A stretch of DNA of 64,000 nt from NCBI GenBank assembly GCA_028023455.1, contig JAQFVV010000008.1, positions 12,772,001-12,836,000 on the forward strand. Direction: 5' to 3'. Each line of letters opens with the position of its first letter. The first letter of the stretch is position 1. Origin of the DNA: Epiperipatus broadwayi. Its lineage: Eukaryota; Animalia; Onychophora. The notes beneath the pieces are model-generated. The model was not told the DNA's origin, did no database searches, and saw only the letters and a program-made list of their open reading frames with translations. A program made the translations under genes and the position numbers. Shown piece by piece: positions 11,170-23,870 of this stretch.

Positions 11170-13429
11170 GTAAGATGAAATCTTATAATAGATCAGATGA
11201 TATTTTATTAAAATATAAAGTGTTGAGTGAATGATTCTTTTGTTATCAGTCATTAGTAGTTAATATGATTTGCTAAAACATTAAAATTCTTTGTTGTATT
11301 TGCACATACCAGAATACTTTATTGTGAAGGATTGTATTGATATATTGGTACACCTAACAAAAGTTATTTTTATCCAGAATAGATATTTTTATGCATCAAT
11401 ATCAAGTGTCATCAGAATATTCAAGATCCAAAAATTTTAAATTAAATACTTATTATAACCATATATTATTCCTTCAAATATGAATGTTTACAATCCTAAT
11501 CTTTAAAAATCATTTTATAGAATCACATAACATTATGGTCAATTAGGTGCATATAAACAAATGATAATAAAGCATACCAAACTTCACAAGTCAAAATATT
11601 TTACCATATCGTGGTATATCATAATAAAGCAATGTCTGAATCTCACACAGAATGCAGGAAAACAAGATAGCTTTAATGACCAAATCCTGCTTCAGGAAAT
11701 TTCAATAGATTCACATAACACTAATTTATTTAAAAATAAGAAAATTTTAGTAATACAAAAACATAAATTCACAGTGTATATAAGTAATCAAACAATTAAC
11801 GACAGAAGTTATTTTTCTAATCTTTATTCTCTAGTATAAACAATTATTAACAACATTGAATGATTAATTAATATAGAGTGTTTTCTTACATCACTATAAT
11901 TTATTAGTTTTGATAATCATCTTCATCTATTTATATATATATATAACTTCATTTAAAATACCATTTAAATCTGTTGTAGATATATATTATACAGTGAAGT
12001 CGTGATATGCGCTGTTCAATATATACCATTTTAATTATGTCCTATTCAAAAAAAAAGAAAAAAGTAAATAAAGAAAAAATATAAATAAATACAAATAAAA
12101 GCATTAAAATTTGTAAATTTAATAAATTTTATGAATTTGTATCCCAGCCATTTTTTATCTTTGAGAACCCTCACTAAATATAATATTCTTCCATGATTTC
12201 ACTTATTAATTACATTGAAAGCACATATATTATTGTTTTGTTTTCTTATCCCAAAATTTTGATATAGTATAGTATTTTGTTAAATAAAATTTTTTAAAGT
12301 GATAAAAAAAAAAATTATCATTTAGTTGTGAAAGGAAAAAACCCAGTAAATTGTTTCTGCAAACACGTTTGTATACCTTTAGAAAGTTTAAAATCTGTAT
12401 GAGAAGTTTGTCTGGGAATTTGAAATGAATAATTTCAAATCATCAAAACAACTGAAGTGGCTATGTCTGTCAATAACATGAAATATTCTATGACTAAAAT
12501 AAAAATTACAGAAGAAAATGATATCTTCCCAATAAAATATTTAATTGTGATGAAACTGGATTGTTTTGATACACTGATATCTTCAGAAGATTAATAGTCT
12601 GACCCCTTGCTATTTATTTTTCTTTTTTTTTTTAAAAAATACTGGTGAGGGAACACACTGTCACTAAATATATAAATAAATGTCTCTCAATTTTTTTTAT
12701 TAAAACTATATTACCTTTTTTTTGTTTTATTTTTACCATGTAATTTGTATACGCATACTATACATGTAAAAAAGCATGTGGTTAAAAATACTGCATACTT
12801 ATAGGATAGGATAGCAAACAATGTAAAAAAAGATTATAAGCAAAGTGCGAGCTATTGTTTGCCATATGCATCATATATATAAAGGAAATTTGGAACAAAA
12901 TATAGAAGATATTGCAACTTTACTGCCTATACATGTGTATGTATGTGTGTGCAAGGGCTTAATGTGCTTTCTGGATATCATACATTTCTTCATGGATATA
13001 TTTAATTTGACCTGTGTGTCAAACACATTTAAAATAATGTTAAATAAACTTATGGTTACATGTATTTAGGCTACTTTTATGACAGTTATATATGGCCTGA
13101 CAGAGTTACTGTTTTATAGATTTAGAAAATATATTAATGGCTTAAGAAATACACATATACTATATAGAAAATTACACATTATATTGATTAATGTACATAA
13201 TTTACTCAGGACAAAAGTGGAGTTACTGCCAAGTAATCAGACGTTCTTTTACAAGTCTAGCATAGATATGGCCTTTAGGATTAATTTTTAGACAGATGAT
13301 GGAATCAATATTAGTAAGAACCAAAATGGGAGCTATAAGATTGAAGCAGAATTCTTTATATTGTTTGGTGAATCTTAATCTGGAAACTTAACCTACTACC
13401 TTTCTTGTTATATAAATATAGTACATATC

Positions 13430-14600
13430 CTTCTTCAAGTTTTGTTTTTATTTAAACTAGTCTGGAATTTTTGCATATACTATAGTTTCTGATTTCCCCC
13501 CCTGTTACTTCTTTTATTATTGATGATCCAATAGTAACCTGTAATTGTTAGATGCTGTCTTAGCTTTGATCATTTTCACTGCTTTCACTATTATCATGAC
13601 TCTGGTTGCTTTTTTGATTTTATTTGGGATACTTGTCTTGGTTGAAGCCTTGGTTTAGGCTACTCTCTCTGCTTAGGCAATTGCCTTTGAATTAATGATC
13701 TTAGATGTATCTAAAGTATAATCAGATGTTAGATAGTTTTAATGATTGTAAATAAACTGCTCTCCACAATAAACAATAAGGAGGCACTTATCAATTTTTA
13801 CAGGCTGTGATTTTTCATTGCCACATCTATAAATTACTTTGTTCTTGATCTGTGAATAATTTTGAAGTGGATGCATGCCTTACTCTCTTCTTCTCTGTCT
13901 CTCTCTCTTTCAATAAGGCAAGCCAATAATATAAGTCCAAAGTTTTCTATTCACAAGCTCTGATGCAAGATATTTACTCAATATGGCAATAGGTATGATC
14001 AGTTGCAGTAAAATTATGCACTTTTGTACTACAACTTTACTTGTGATAAGCCCATTACTTTCTGGGTGGAACAATAGTGTAGTCTTGTGTTCAATGTTAT
14101 TGACCTTACAAAATTCTTTGCATTGCCCTGACATGAATGTAAAATCTTTACAAAATGCTATTATCCTAGGAATTCTGTGGATAAACTATAACTTCGTTAA
14201 GGCCTGTGTAGTAGTAAATATTTGCATTGATAGAATATCAATTATTTCAACTTATTTTGACTATACTACAATTAAAAATAGTTTACCATATCAAGGATTT
14301 GACAAAGACTATTTGGCCTCTATTCTAATAGCTGCTGATCTTTTATGAGGCATTTTTTTAAAACTTCATTAGCAACAATTTTGCATATCTCAAATAAATA
14401 TCTATAAAGACCTGCTATAAGTGTTATCAAGTAAGAATTTTCATATGAATTATATCAGAAGACTAGTAGTAAATTAAGTCAAAGGCTTGTTATCATTGTT
14501 CAGAGGGGATCTCTACTCCAATATCATATGGCTTTGCTGACTTTATCCACTGCATTTAGTATTTGATAAACCATGTCACTATCTGTTTAAACCTACTACT
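13430..14600 (-). pseudogene. Degraded gypsy pol fragment (RNase H end and integrase core)
   Basis: ORF 13910-14134: CKEFCKVNNIEHKTTLLFHPESNGL matches the integrase core EF..FC....I.H..T..YHPQSNG. An NDNKPL (TDHKPL-like) remnant lies near 14480. Confidence 0.7.
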
Positions 14601-14759
14601 GTTTTTTCTTTAGCTTTGGAATTTTATTAATTACACAGAGGCTAAACTCTTCATACAGTAGTCACATCCTAAAAATAATCCCAGGATATTGGATGAGTTG
14701 GCACTAGATAGGGATTTTATGCACAAACCTTCTTGCATTCTTTATGAAGTATTACTTTA

Positions 14760-15065
14760 CCTTACTTATTGCATTGCCAAATCCATATAATATTAAATCA
14801 TCTATGCTCTTTATTACTGTTTTACAATGCTGTTATTACAACCCGAACAGTTTCAATTGTCCCAGGAATCTTCTTCAGAACTGTAACAAACACAATACAA
14901 ATAAACATGAATATATAATATTACATCCTATATATATGCATAAATACTATCCCATAATCATTATTTACACCACCACATATATCTTTATATACTTCTCTTT
15001 ATAATTATTATCTTTTTATACATTATACATTTTACTCTTTTCATATTCTATATTTAACAAATAAT
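14760..15065 (-). mobile_element. Interspersed PLE-like repeat (family B) with a decayed hammerhead-like core
   Basis: Reverse complement of 19690-20005. Contains CTGAAGAAGATT...AATTGAAACTG. A partial third copy lies at ~49045-49130. Confidence 0.65.
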
Positions 15066-15661
15066 CCTTCCTATAATCATATATATATATATATTGTATA
15101 TATATGTTCTTAATCCACACACACACACACATATATATATATTCTTTAATTTAAAAAAAAATTTCTTTTATATAGAGATTTATGTGTGCGTATATTATGT
15201 ATAGTTTATAGGTGATGGAGTAATAAACAGTAATAAATATAGGGTTATAAGCAGTAATATTTAATATATTGATCTATTATTTTGTTAAATAATATGTTAA
15301 ATTATTTAGCTGTATTTTTTTTATTAAATAAAGCAGACAGACTTGACAGAATTTTTTAGGTGTAGAAAAAGATATAGATTAGTAGATAAAATGTACACAT
15401 GTGAGAATGACTGTATAAACACAAAACACTTTTACACATATTTCTAATGACTATAGATTGCAAGCTTTGTTGTTTTGTATTATCTAGATCTTAGATATCC
15501 AAGGAGAGAGACAGAATAAATGTAATTATTAATTTTCTTGTTAATTGCGATAGACCATCAGCTTGTGAAACTCTTGATTTTTTATTTCAAGATAACAGGA
15601 TTTACAGGTGGCCTTTTAATCAGAAAGACAAAATATAAAAACCAATGAAACAATATTTGAA

Positions 15662-15875
15662 GGTCAGTCGTTACTATTAAAAAAAGAAAAGTCAGTCATT
15701 GCTATTGAAAAGAAAAACAGTCAGTTTTTTACTATTAAAAAGAGAGATGTAGTCATTACTATTAAAAAGAGATGTAGTTATGAATATTAAAAAAAAAAGA
15801 AAATCATTCATTACTATTAAAAGTCATTCATTACTATTAAAGAATTGAGAGATGTAATCATTAATATTAAGAAAA
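15662..15875 (+). repeat. Degenerate minisatellite (~25-30 bp unit, about 8 copies)
   Basis: Repeated gtcagtcattactattaaaaaga-like units. Confidence 0.75.
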
Positions 15876-18800
15876 ATTCAGTTAACAATTTTAGGATGAG
15901 AATCACTTAACAATATGCAGTTTTTGAAGGCAATCAGTTAATAATTTTAAGAATATGCAGTTGTTTTAAAAACGAAGAAGAGATGAGCAGTTAAGAGTTA
16001 GTTTTTTTTTTTTTGACCGAATATTCAGTTCCTTTAAAGTTAAAAAGAAGAAAAAATTAAAGAATTAGCAGCAGTTTGTCATCGTTTTTTTTAAAACTCA
16101 GAATGAGTTGTTTGATTTTATTTCTCTCTTTAAAAAATTAAAGAAGAAAATATGACTCTTGTTTTAAAGTCAGCATAGAAGATGTGCGCATATATAAGTA
16201 ATTTACAGCAAAATTAGTTTAAAGAAAAGAGATGGATTTAAATTGAATCCTTTAAAAGAAGTTGTTAATATAACATATAATGGTACTTATATATATTTTG
16301 GCTGTTTGTGAAATCATAAGGATGACATGCTAATATTACCAATTTCTGTTCCTTGAAATCCTACCTTATGGGTTAAGTCATTGATCTATCTGTGGGCTCA
16401 TATACCAGTCTATAAAAAACCAAAGAAATGGCCAAATTCAAATCAAACCACATAAGCTATGTGAGAGGCTTCTTTTTTGTCTCCTGGCCTATTAAAGAAT
16501 CATCATCTTTGAAGGGAGGGAGAACAGGAAAGAAGATGTATAAAGCCATGCAGCCAACCTTAGTTAATCTATAAATCAATTTTTTTTAGGAAAAAAAGGT
16601 TTTTCTTTATATTTCTCCAGAATGCCTATAATAACTTTTAAAATGATGAAACAAGCAAACCAACCAGTTCAGATTTATCAAGAAATATCTACAATAATTT
16701 TTTTTTAAATGGTAGGAATAAGCAAACCAATGAACTCATACTTATCTAAAAGTATCTGCAATAGCTTTTTTTTAAAATGGTAGAAACAATCCAAACCAAC
16801 CTATGGAAGCTATAAATAGGAAAGCGGTCTGAAAATGTAATATCTGGGACATTAATAAGAAATGAAAATGGATCGGGTAAATTTTAAATTTAATTATCAA
16901 ATTTTCTTATTTACTTATTAAAAGTAAACTGTAATTTCTAAAGTCAAAGCATTTTATTTTTTTTTCCTTTTAATACATATACATTAAGAATTTGTTTATT
17001 AATCGTATTTTATTAATACTGCATAAATACACACACATAATTTAAAATTCATTAAACTTAATTTTTTCATTATTTTGATTTTTTTTTATATATATTGTAA
17101 TAATAAAATCTTTTTATTATTGTTCTTTCTTTATCGTGTTAACTGATCAACTTATCAATATATGCCTTATAATGTTTTTTTTTTTTATATTTATCTCTGC
17201 ATATTAAATTTGATATAATGTTGTTTTTTTGCTCAAAGTTGCAATAATATTTTTATATATGTGATTTATGTATCCATCCCTAATATAAGGGAACACATTT
17301 TAACATGATATATATGTTCACATATCACTGAGTGTGTGCATGTATAACTGCTTATACCATTCAGTGAAAATAGGTTAGACATAGTTATTTTAAGGTAGAA
17401 AAATATAAGAGCAAGGTTTTACACATGTATGGAAGTGGAAAAAGAACACACACAATACATAAATGAAATTTGCCTTTATGATATGTAATAAGTAGGAAAA
17501 GTCTTAAGTAAGCATTCAATGGAATATTTTCTAATGTCATTTTAAACTAACTTATTTCAAAATGTGTAGTAACATAGAAAAAAAGCAGATATATAAAATT
17601 GATTGGTTACGCATATAGTATTAAAATATTTTGTTTAATTGTATGTTTAATAAAGTCAATTGTATAATTAGTAAATTTGATTTATTAAAAAAAAAAAAGG
17701 AAGAGTGTTAATAAATATAATTATATCATATTTGGTTTCTGAGTTATTATTATCAATATTATTATATATTTTTTTCTTCTCTTAATTCTATCATTTTAAT
17801 TGATCATCATCACTCATAAATGTTATATAAATGTTAAGTGTAGGATATTGATTTGCCTATAAGGATGTTTAAGGATTATGCTTGACATATAACCAAGTTT
17901 TTAATAATTAGAGGTTAATAATAAAAGACTAAAATTATGTTGTGTCCAAGAGTTATGATCACCATCATCGCTGAATAAATAATAATCATTAAATCCAATC
18001 TTTAAAATATTTTATATGTTTAGTAAATAGGGGTTTATGAAAAGCTAAATATCATGTGGGGAGATTCATGATGATCATTCATCATCACTGGTAAATACTG
18101 ATAATTGAGCTACAATTTTATCTGTAATAGTATTTGAAGTAAATTTAACCATAAACGTATATAGATGCTAGTGAGTATTATAATTAAATCCCAGTTTAAC
18201 ATAAGATGATTTTAAGAAGGTGCCTATAAGTTTATGAAAGATAAATTTGTTGTTGTGAATTCATTATAAAGCTGTGGCTGGGATCATTATTATCATCACT
18301 ATATTATGATAAATAATTAAATTAAGTAACTAGGTTTAATGGCCATATAACTAAGTAATGGTCTTTACTATGTTTGTTTGGAAGCCATTAATAAGAGTAT
18401 ATCTGCATCTGTTCATCAATATACTTAAACTGAGTTAGTAATATCTATTAGAGTATTGGATATATAAATTTTATGGTAATGGGATCTTATAATTTTATTG
18501 ACATGGATAAAATATAAGAATGTCATCTTTGTTATTTTGTTTGTTAGTCATCTAAGCCATGTGTAGTAAAAAATGTACCGAATGAGTTTGAACTCAGTAC
18601 ACTATGGATAATCTTTATCTAGATTGAAATCAATCTAGTGGCACCCATGGAAAACGCATGTACTTAGCTAAGCTGAATAAAAGAGATATAGTCCGTTTTC
18701 CAACTTGATAGTATTAATTTTATATGATTTTTTTATATATATAAGTTGTTATAAATAGCGCCAGTGTGTGCGTGTGACCATGAACGATCTATATGGAAAG

Positions 18801-19689
18801 AGGAATGGGAAGGATTCTTTGTTAAAAGAACCTATTATTGGAGATAAGCATAATGCACTCCAGGGATTTCACAGTAATTTTATTCAGTTACTATAGCTAG
18901 TATTGGTTTATGTGATGACAATGGCTAGTATATTTTGTTAGTTAAAATGACTTCCCAATATCGAAATAGTTTAAATCTTCCATGATGACAGCGATTAATT
19001 GTCATTTTTATTTTGTGTGTTGAGAAATGGGATAATTTATTTATCTCATTACTAGCGTGACAGAATTAATGTTTATGATAGTTGCAAACGGGCTATGGTG
19101 TTATATTTAATTAGTTACAAATGGACGCCTAACTAAATATTATATATATTTCCATATTCTTATTTATAGATTAGCGTCTTCTTTATTTAATTATAAATTG
19201 TATGTCAGCTATCATAGTAAATGTATTCCCTCATTTCATCATTATTTTATTCTATTACAATATATATATTATTTTTATTTCATTTAAATTTACTCTTATT
19301 ATTCTTTTAATATTTAACTCGAATTTTATATATTAATACTTTAATATTTTACATTATAAAAAATTTAGTTATACAAAAAATAGAAAGAGGAAACTACTAA
19401 AGTAAAATAAATTTAGTTATATAAAAAATAGAAAGAGGAGCTTCTAAAGTATAACTAAAATTTAAAGTTTGAATTTAGCAGTTAAGGTTTGGATATATGA
19501 GTAGAAGATAGGTATAAAAAATAAGTTGAAAAATAATATTATAGGTAAAAGAAAATGATATATGTATTGAATGTTAATATAATGAATAATAATAATGTAA
19601 AATATTAAAGTATTAATGTATAAAGTTAGAGTTAAATATTAAAAGATTAATAAGAGTAAATTTAAATGAAATAAAAATAATATATATAT

Positions 19690-20130
19690 ATGATGATAGG
19701 AAGTATTAATTGTTAAATATAGAATATGAAAAGAGTAAAATGCATAATGTATAAAAAGATAATAATTACATAGAGAGATATATAAAGATATATGTGGGTA
19801 AGTAAATAATGATTATGGGATAGTATTTATGTGTGTGTATATATATAGGATATAATATTATATGTTCATGTACATTTGTATTCATGTATTTGTATTGTGT
19901 TTGTTATAGTTCTGAATAAGATTGCTGGGGCAATCAAACTGTTTGGGTTGTAATAAAAGCATTGTAAAACAGTAATAAAGAGCATAGATTATTTAATATT
20001 ACACTTCTTGGATTCATTGATTACTCTGGCTTGCACTGAGTGGCACTATGTATGAAGAGTTTGGCCTCTATGTAAACAGCTTGTGTAAGCATAAAGAATG
20101 GTGATCATGTGATGTTTAGTGATGAAATCT
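19690..20130 (+). mobile_element. Family B PLE-like repeat plus an adjoining segment shared with 44095-44530
   Basis: CTGAATAA GATTGC tggg GCAATC AAACTG at 19912-19941 has a perfect 6-bp stem II. 20005-20130 (cattgattactctggcttgcactga.tggcacta) matches 44420-44530. Confidence 0.65.
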
Positions 20131-20145
20131 ATTAATCATATTAAT

Positions 20146-20420
20146 TTATACTTTCTTTCCTGGGTCTTCAAGAAAAAAGTTAACTAGTTTAATCTGTTTA
20201 CATGATAATGTCATGATCTTACTTACACTTTTCATGCTGAACCAGTGACTGCTCTGGGTAATATTTGTTAATGCAGGCTTTCTTGATCCTAAAATTTTTA
20301 AAACGTTTTGATTTGTAATTATTGTGAATTTATGACTATAAATAAAATTGTAAAACTTTTTTATATCTGCACTTATTGCTTGAGCATAATTGTGTTTAAC
20401 CTTGTTCAATGTAAAAATGT
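20146..20420 (-). pseudogene. Gypsy RNase H fragment
   Basis: HNYAQAISADIKKFYNFIYSHKFTIITNQNVLKILG resembles NYSQ.EKEALA...VKKFH.YLYG.KF.L.TDH.PL. Confidence 0.7.
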
Positions 20421-21749
20421 GAAAGCTAAAGTATTTTTTGACTTCATTCTTTTACAGTGGATAAATAATTTTGAATCTAGTGGATGACACAATACATAAT
20501 ATTTATTCCATATCAGAATGTTCTAGTCCTGGGGGCTTGAGTTATATACCTTTGAGCATCATTTCTTCTCCCTCCCCATTTCCAAGTTGTCTCACTTTGA
20601 ATAATTTGTATGTAAGTAATGCTAATTCTATTTAATAAGAATAAAATTCTTATAGTAATTTCTAAATCCTTGAAATGTTTTTAAATTTTTTTGACATATG
20701 ATTTTTACCTTTTCCCACTGCTTTTACTTTACTGTTTATGAGCCAATTTGTGATATATTAATTTTAAAGCTGAGAAATTCTCCTTCTATTCTTTCAAATG
20801 GATCCTTTTCTAAACTTATACTACTGCCCAGTGAACTAAATTTCTCTAGTTTTTCATGCTTTCATGCAGACTTTTTAATGATTTTGCAACTGAAAGCACC
20901 CATTATGCCATTTCATAGCCTGCATGAGAAGTGGGTGATTCTGCATCTACCAAAATGTAAAGACAGGCATTCCTCAGCTCAGTTCAAATTCTATCTGGGT
21001 TATTAATATTTATTTGTTTGATTGACAATAGAATATAAAAGTGTATTAATTATGCATACAGTACAATACAATACTAAAGAGAAGTCATCACTTGACTTTA
21101 GAATAAAAAGTAGTTAATAATCATTTAAAAATATAAGACTATATTTAAAATTTTAAACCAATAAAAATTCATTGAAAGTTTAAAGTAAAAAAAAAACATT
21201 CAGTATTTGCTAAAGTGATGTAAGAGTGGTTATATGAGAACAAATTTTAAATAGCTTCTACAAGTCAAACCGATGGGATATCAATCTAGTCGGCCAACTA
21301 TATTTCCATTTTCTCTTTACTCTTTAAATAAAGAAATGCTTTGACATCATGAAAGAATTCAAGGATGATTAATCCATAAAAAAATATTTTCTTACTTTTC
21401 ATTGACAAGTCTTCTTTTTTTTTTTGAAAATTTCTATTAATCTTTTTTATTTCTTCTTTGACTTTGAGAAACTGGAGAGGGAGCAAATGAAAAGGGAGCA
21501 GGGTAAAAAATTTGGTCTATTAGAAGTTTTCATGTTTTCTTTGGATTTCTCATAATCGTAGTACTACCTAATATTAATTTGCAAAAATTAATTGATAACT
21601 GAAACACACAGGCTTATTACATACCTGTGTTTATATATATGTAATATAAAGAGTAGATGAGCACAGACTTTCACACGACCTACCACTCTCCACACTATCT
21701 CATAACACTGATACACTTGAACACATACATGTTGAAAAGATAAATAATC

Positions 21750-21793
21750 ACCAATATATGTATTTTATGCTAAACCAGCAATCATCAGTTAGT
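21750..21793 (-). ncRNA. Mutated type I hammerhead ribozyme (GAAA changed to AAAA)
   Basis: Minus strand: ACTAA CTGATGA TTGC TGGTTTA GCAT AAAA T ACAT A TA TTGGT. Confidence 0.6.
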
Positions 21794-22234
21794 CTAGATT
21801 ACCATCTCTACACATATATGCTATAAGTGCTCAAATATATATTAAGATAGCCAAACCTCATACTTTAATGGACAGGCTTCAATCTACTCCAACTCTTCAA
21901 CCGTCCATCCAATTGAAAATCTGATGATGGAATGTTCAAAGGCCACCCTGAGGCTGAGATTCTTGTCATGACCCCATCCCTTGTATGTGTATTAAATGGA
22001 TTATGTCCTGTACATGAGGGGTCAGATTAACCTTAGGTCAACATGGGTGTGACAAAAATCTCGGCCTCAGGGTGGCCTTTGAGCATTCCATCATCAGATT
22101 TTCAATTGGATGGACTGCTGAAGAGTTGGAGTGTGGGATAGATTAAAGCCTGTCCATTAAAGTAAGAGGTTTGGCTATCTTAATATATATCTGAGCACTT
22201 ATATCAGCATATATGTGTAGAGATGGTAATCTGG

Positions 22235-22278
22235 ACCAACTGATGATTGCTGGTTTAGCATGAAATACATATATTGGT
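22235..22278 (+). ncRNA. Minimal type I hammerhead ribozyme motif
   Basis: ACCAA-CTGATGA-TTGC(TGGTTTA)GCAT-GAAA-T(ACAT)A-TA-TTGGT. Stem I is ACCAA/TTGGT, the core is intact, stem III is minimal, and the predicted AUA cleavage is after 22273. The 9.7-kb copy shows the palindromic loop ACGT. Confidence 0.75.
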
Positions 22279-23117
22279 GATTATTTATCTCTTCAACATA
22301 TATGTGTTCAAGTGTTTCAGTGTTATGAGATAGTGTGGAGAGTGGTGGGTGGTGTGAAAGTCTGTGCTCATATACTCTATATATTAAAAATTAATTGATG
22401 TATAATTTAAAAAAAAACTCTTTTGATTCCTAATTGAGAGATTTGTTTTGGAAACTTTATTGTCTTTAAAAAAAATTTAATTTCTTCTTGGATTTTTAAA
22501 AGGTAAGAAAAGAGGAGGGGGTGATAGTGATTTGTGTTATTGATTTTGAAAACCAATAATTGTTAGCTACATTCAATACAAAGTAAATATCAAATTAAAC
22601 AATCCAAATCAAAATGAAGTGACTAGTTTTGAAACAGCAACAACAAATTAACCAAAAAACAAACCTAAAATCAAAACTTCTTTCTTTTTTTTTTAAATTG
22701 ACATTACCCATCTGATATTTGTTGATTTTTTGACTTCACAAAAAATCAAAGGCACCATTTTGAATCAAGTAATTTATTGGCAGCATGTGCATGGGCAATG
22801 CACAATTGCTCTAAACTCCCTTATCTTTCTTTTCTCCATCACAGATGACTCAAGATTATCTCTAAATGAAGAAAGAAAGTTTTTTTTTTTAATTAAAAAC
22901 TAAAAGCAATAATAAAATGATTTAAATGCACACCATCTTCAAGTCTAATATTTCCAGTTCCTTTCCAAATAAAAACATTTTAAACAACATGATTAATGCA
23001 GTACATGAAGTTTATTTTTAAATTAATTTCTAACAAATTAAAAAACAATAGAGATAAATATTTTTTTATATACTCTTCATGTAATATATATATATATATG
23101 GAAGATGGGGACCAGGG

Positions 23118-23157
23118 CCAATTGATGAGCATTGATTCAGCACGAAATGAATCTTGG
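23118..23157 (+). ncRNA. Decayed minimal hammerhead motif (second family)
   Basis: CCAA-TTGATGA-GCATTGATTCAGCAC-GAAA-TGAATC-TTGG: C3 changed to T and stem II damaged. Related to 50606-50649. Confidence 0.5.
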
Positions 23158-23462
23158 GGGTCATTTGTCTTTTGTTGTATCTTTATTTATATGAAATTTA
23201 AAAAGAATGAGAAAGTATGTAGGTCGTTTAATATATCTATAAAGATATTGCACATGGGAAAGTGAAAGGTGAATAATTCCACGTGTGTGTATGTTTAAAA
23301 AATTAAAAAAAATCAGATATATTAATCTTTAACTGAGGTTTAAAGTTTATATCTGTGCTAGAGATAATATCTAGTTTAGTAAATGATTAGTAATAATCAT
23401 TATTGTATTTATATGAGGTGGATAGTGTCAAAGTTGTGAGTGGGGTGAGTTTGACAGTTGTA

Positions 23463-23728
23463 ATTAAATGCTTTTACTGACCCTGCACTTAAAAAAAATT
23501 GTGTCTTCAACCACAATTGGGGCTTTTAGATTTAACTTGAAATAAAAGCATGGAGGAAAAGGGGTTCAGAAATTAATTAAGCCAATCCCTTATCATGAAA
23601 AATAAGGATTAACTTAATTAATTTCTGATCTCTCCCTGCTTTTATTTCAAGTTAAATCTAAAACTCCAATTGTGGCTGAATAAATAATTCTTTTTCTTTT
23701 TAGTGCACAGTCAATATAAGCATTTAAT
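23463..23728. repeat. Long imperfect palindrome (MITE- or fold-back-like, ~120 bp arms)
   Basis: caaccacaattggggcttttagatttaacttgaaataaaagc versus gcttttatttcaagttaaatctaaaactccaattgtggctg. Outer ends attaaatgc/gcatttaat. Confidence 0.75.
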
Positions 23729-23870
23729 ATAAAAAATGTTATCTCTATTATTTTTAAGTTTTTAGTATTGATACAGTAAATGAAAATGTAAAACTATATC
23801 ATACTTTAAATTGACTGGATACTTATAGTTGACATGTATATATCACTAGACATTACTGCTATAATTAAAA

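Larger units (their letters stand above)
21597..22385. mobile_element. Non-autonomous Penelope-like fold-back insertion (family A) with a hammerhead motif in each arm
   Basis: Arms ~21640-21970 and ~22050-22385 are inverted copies. The whole structure is bounded by 14-bp TSD aaaaattaattgat (21583-21596, 22386-22399). Confidence 0.85.

Noticed and set aside
13211-13367. Further plus-strand exons
   Set aside because: Several alternative frames and donors are equally plausible and none could be fixed from sequence alone.
15662-15875. CRISPR-like array
   Set aside because: The units are degenerate and contiguous with no unique spacers, there are no cas genes, and the context is eukaryotic.
20698-21006. 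102-aa ORF or exon
   Set aside because: No domain was recognised on either strand, and the minus-strand frames are interrupted by stops.
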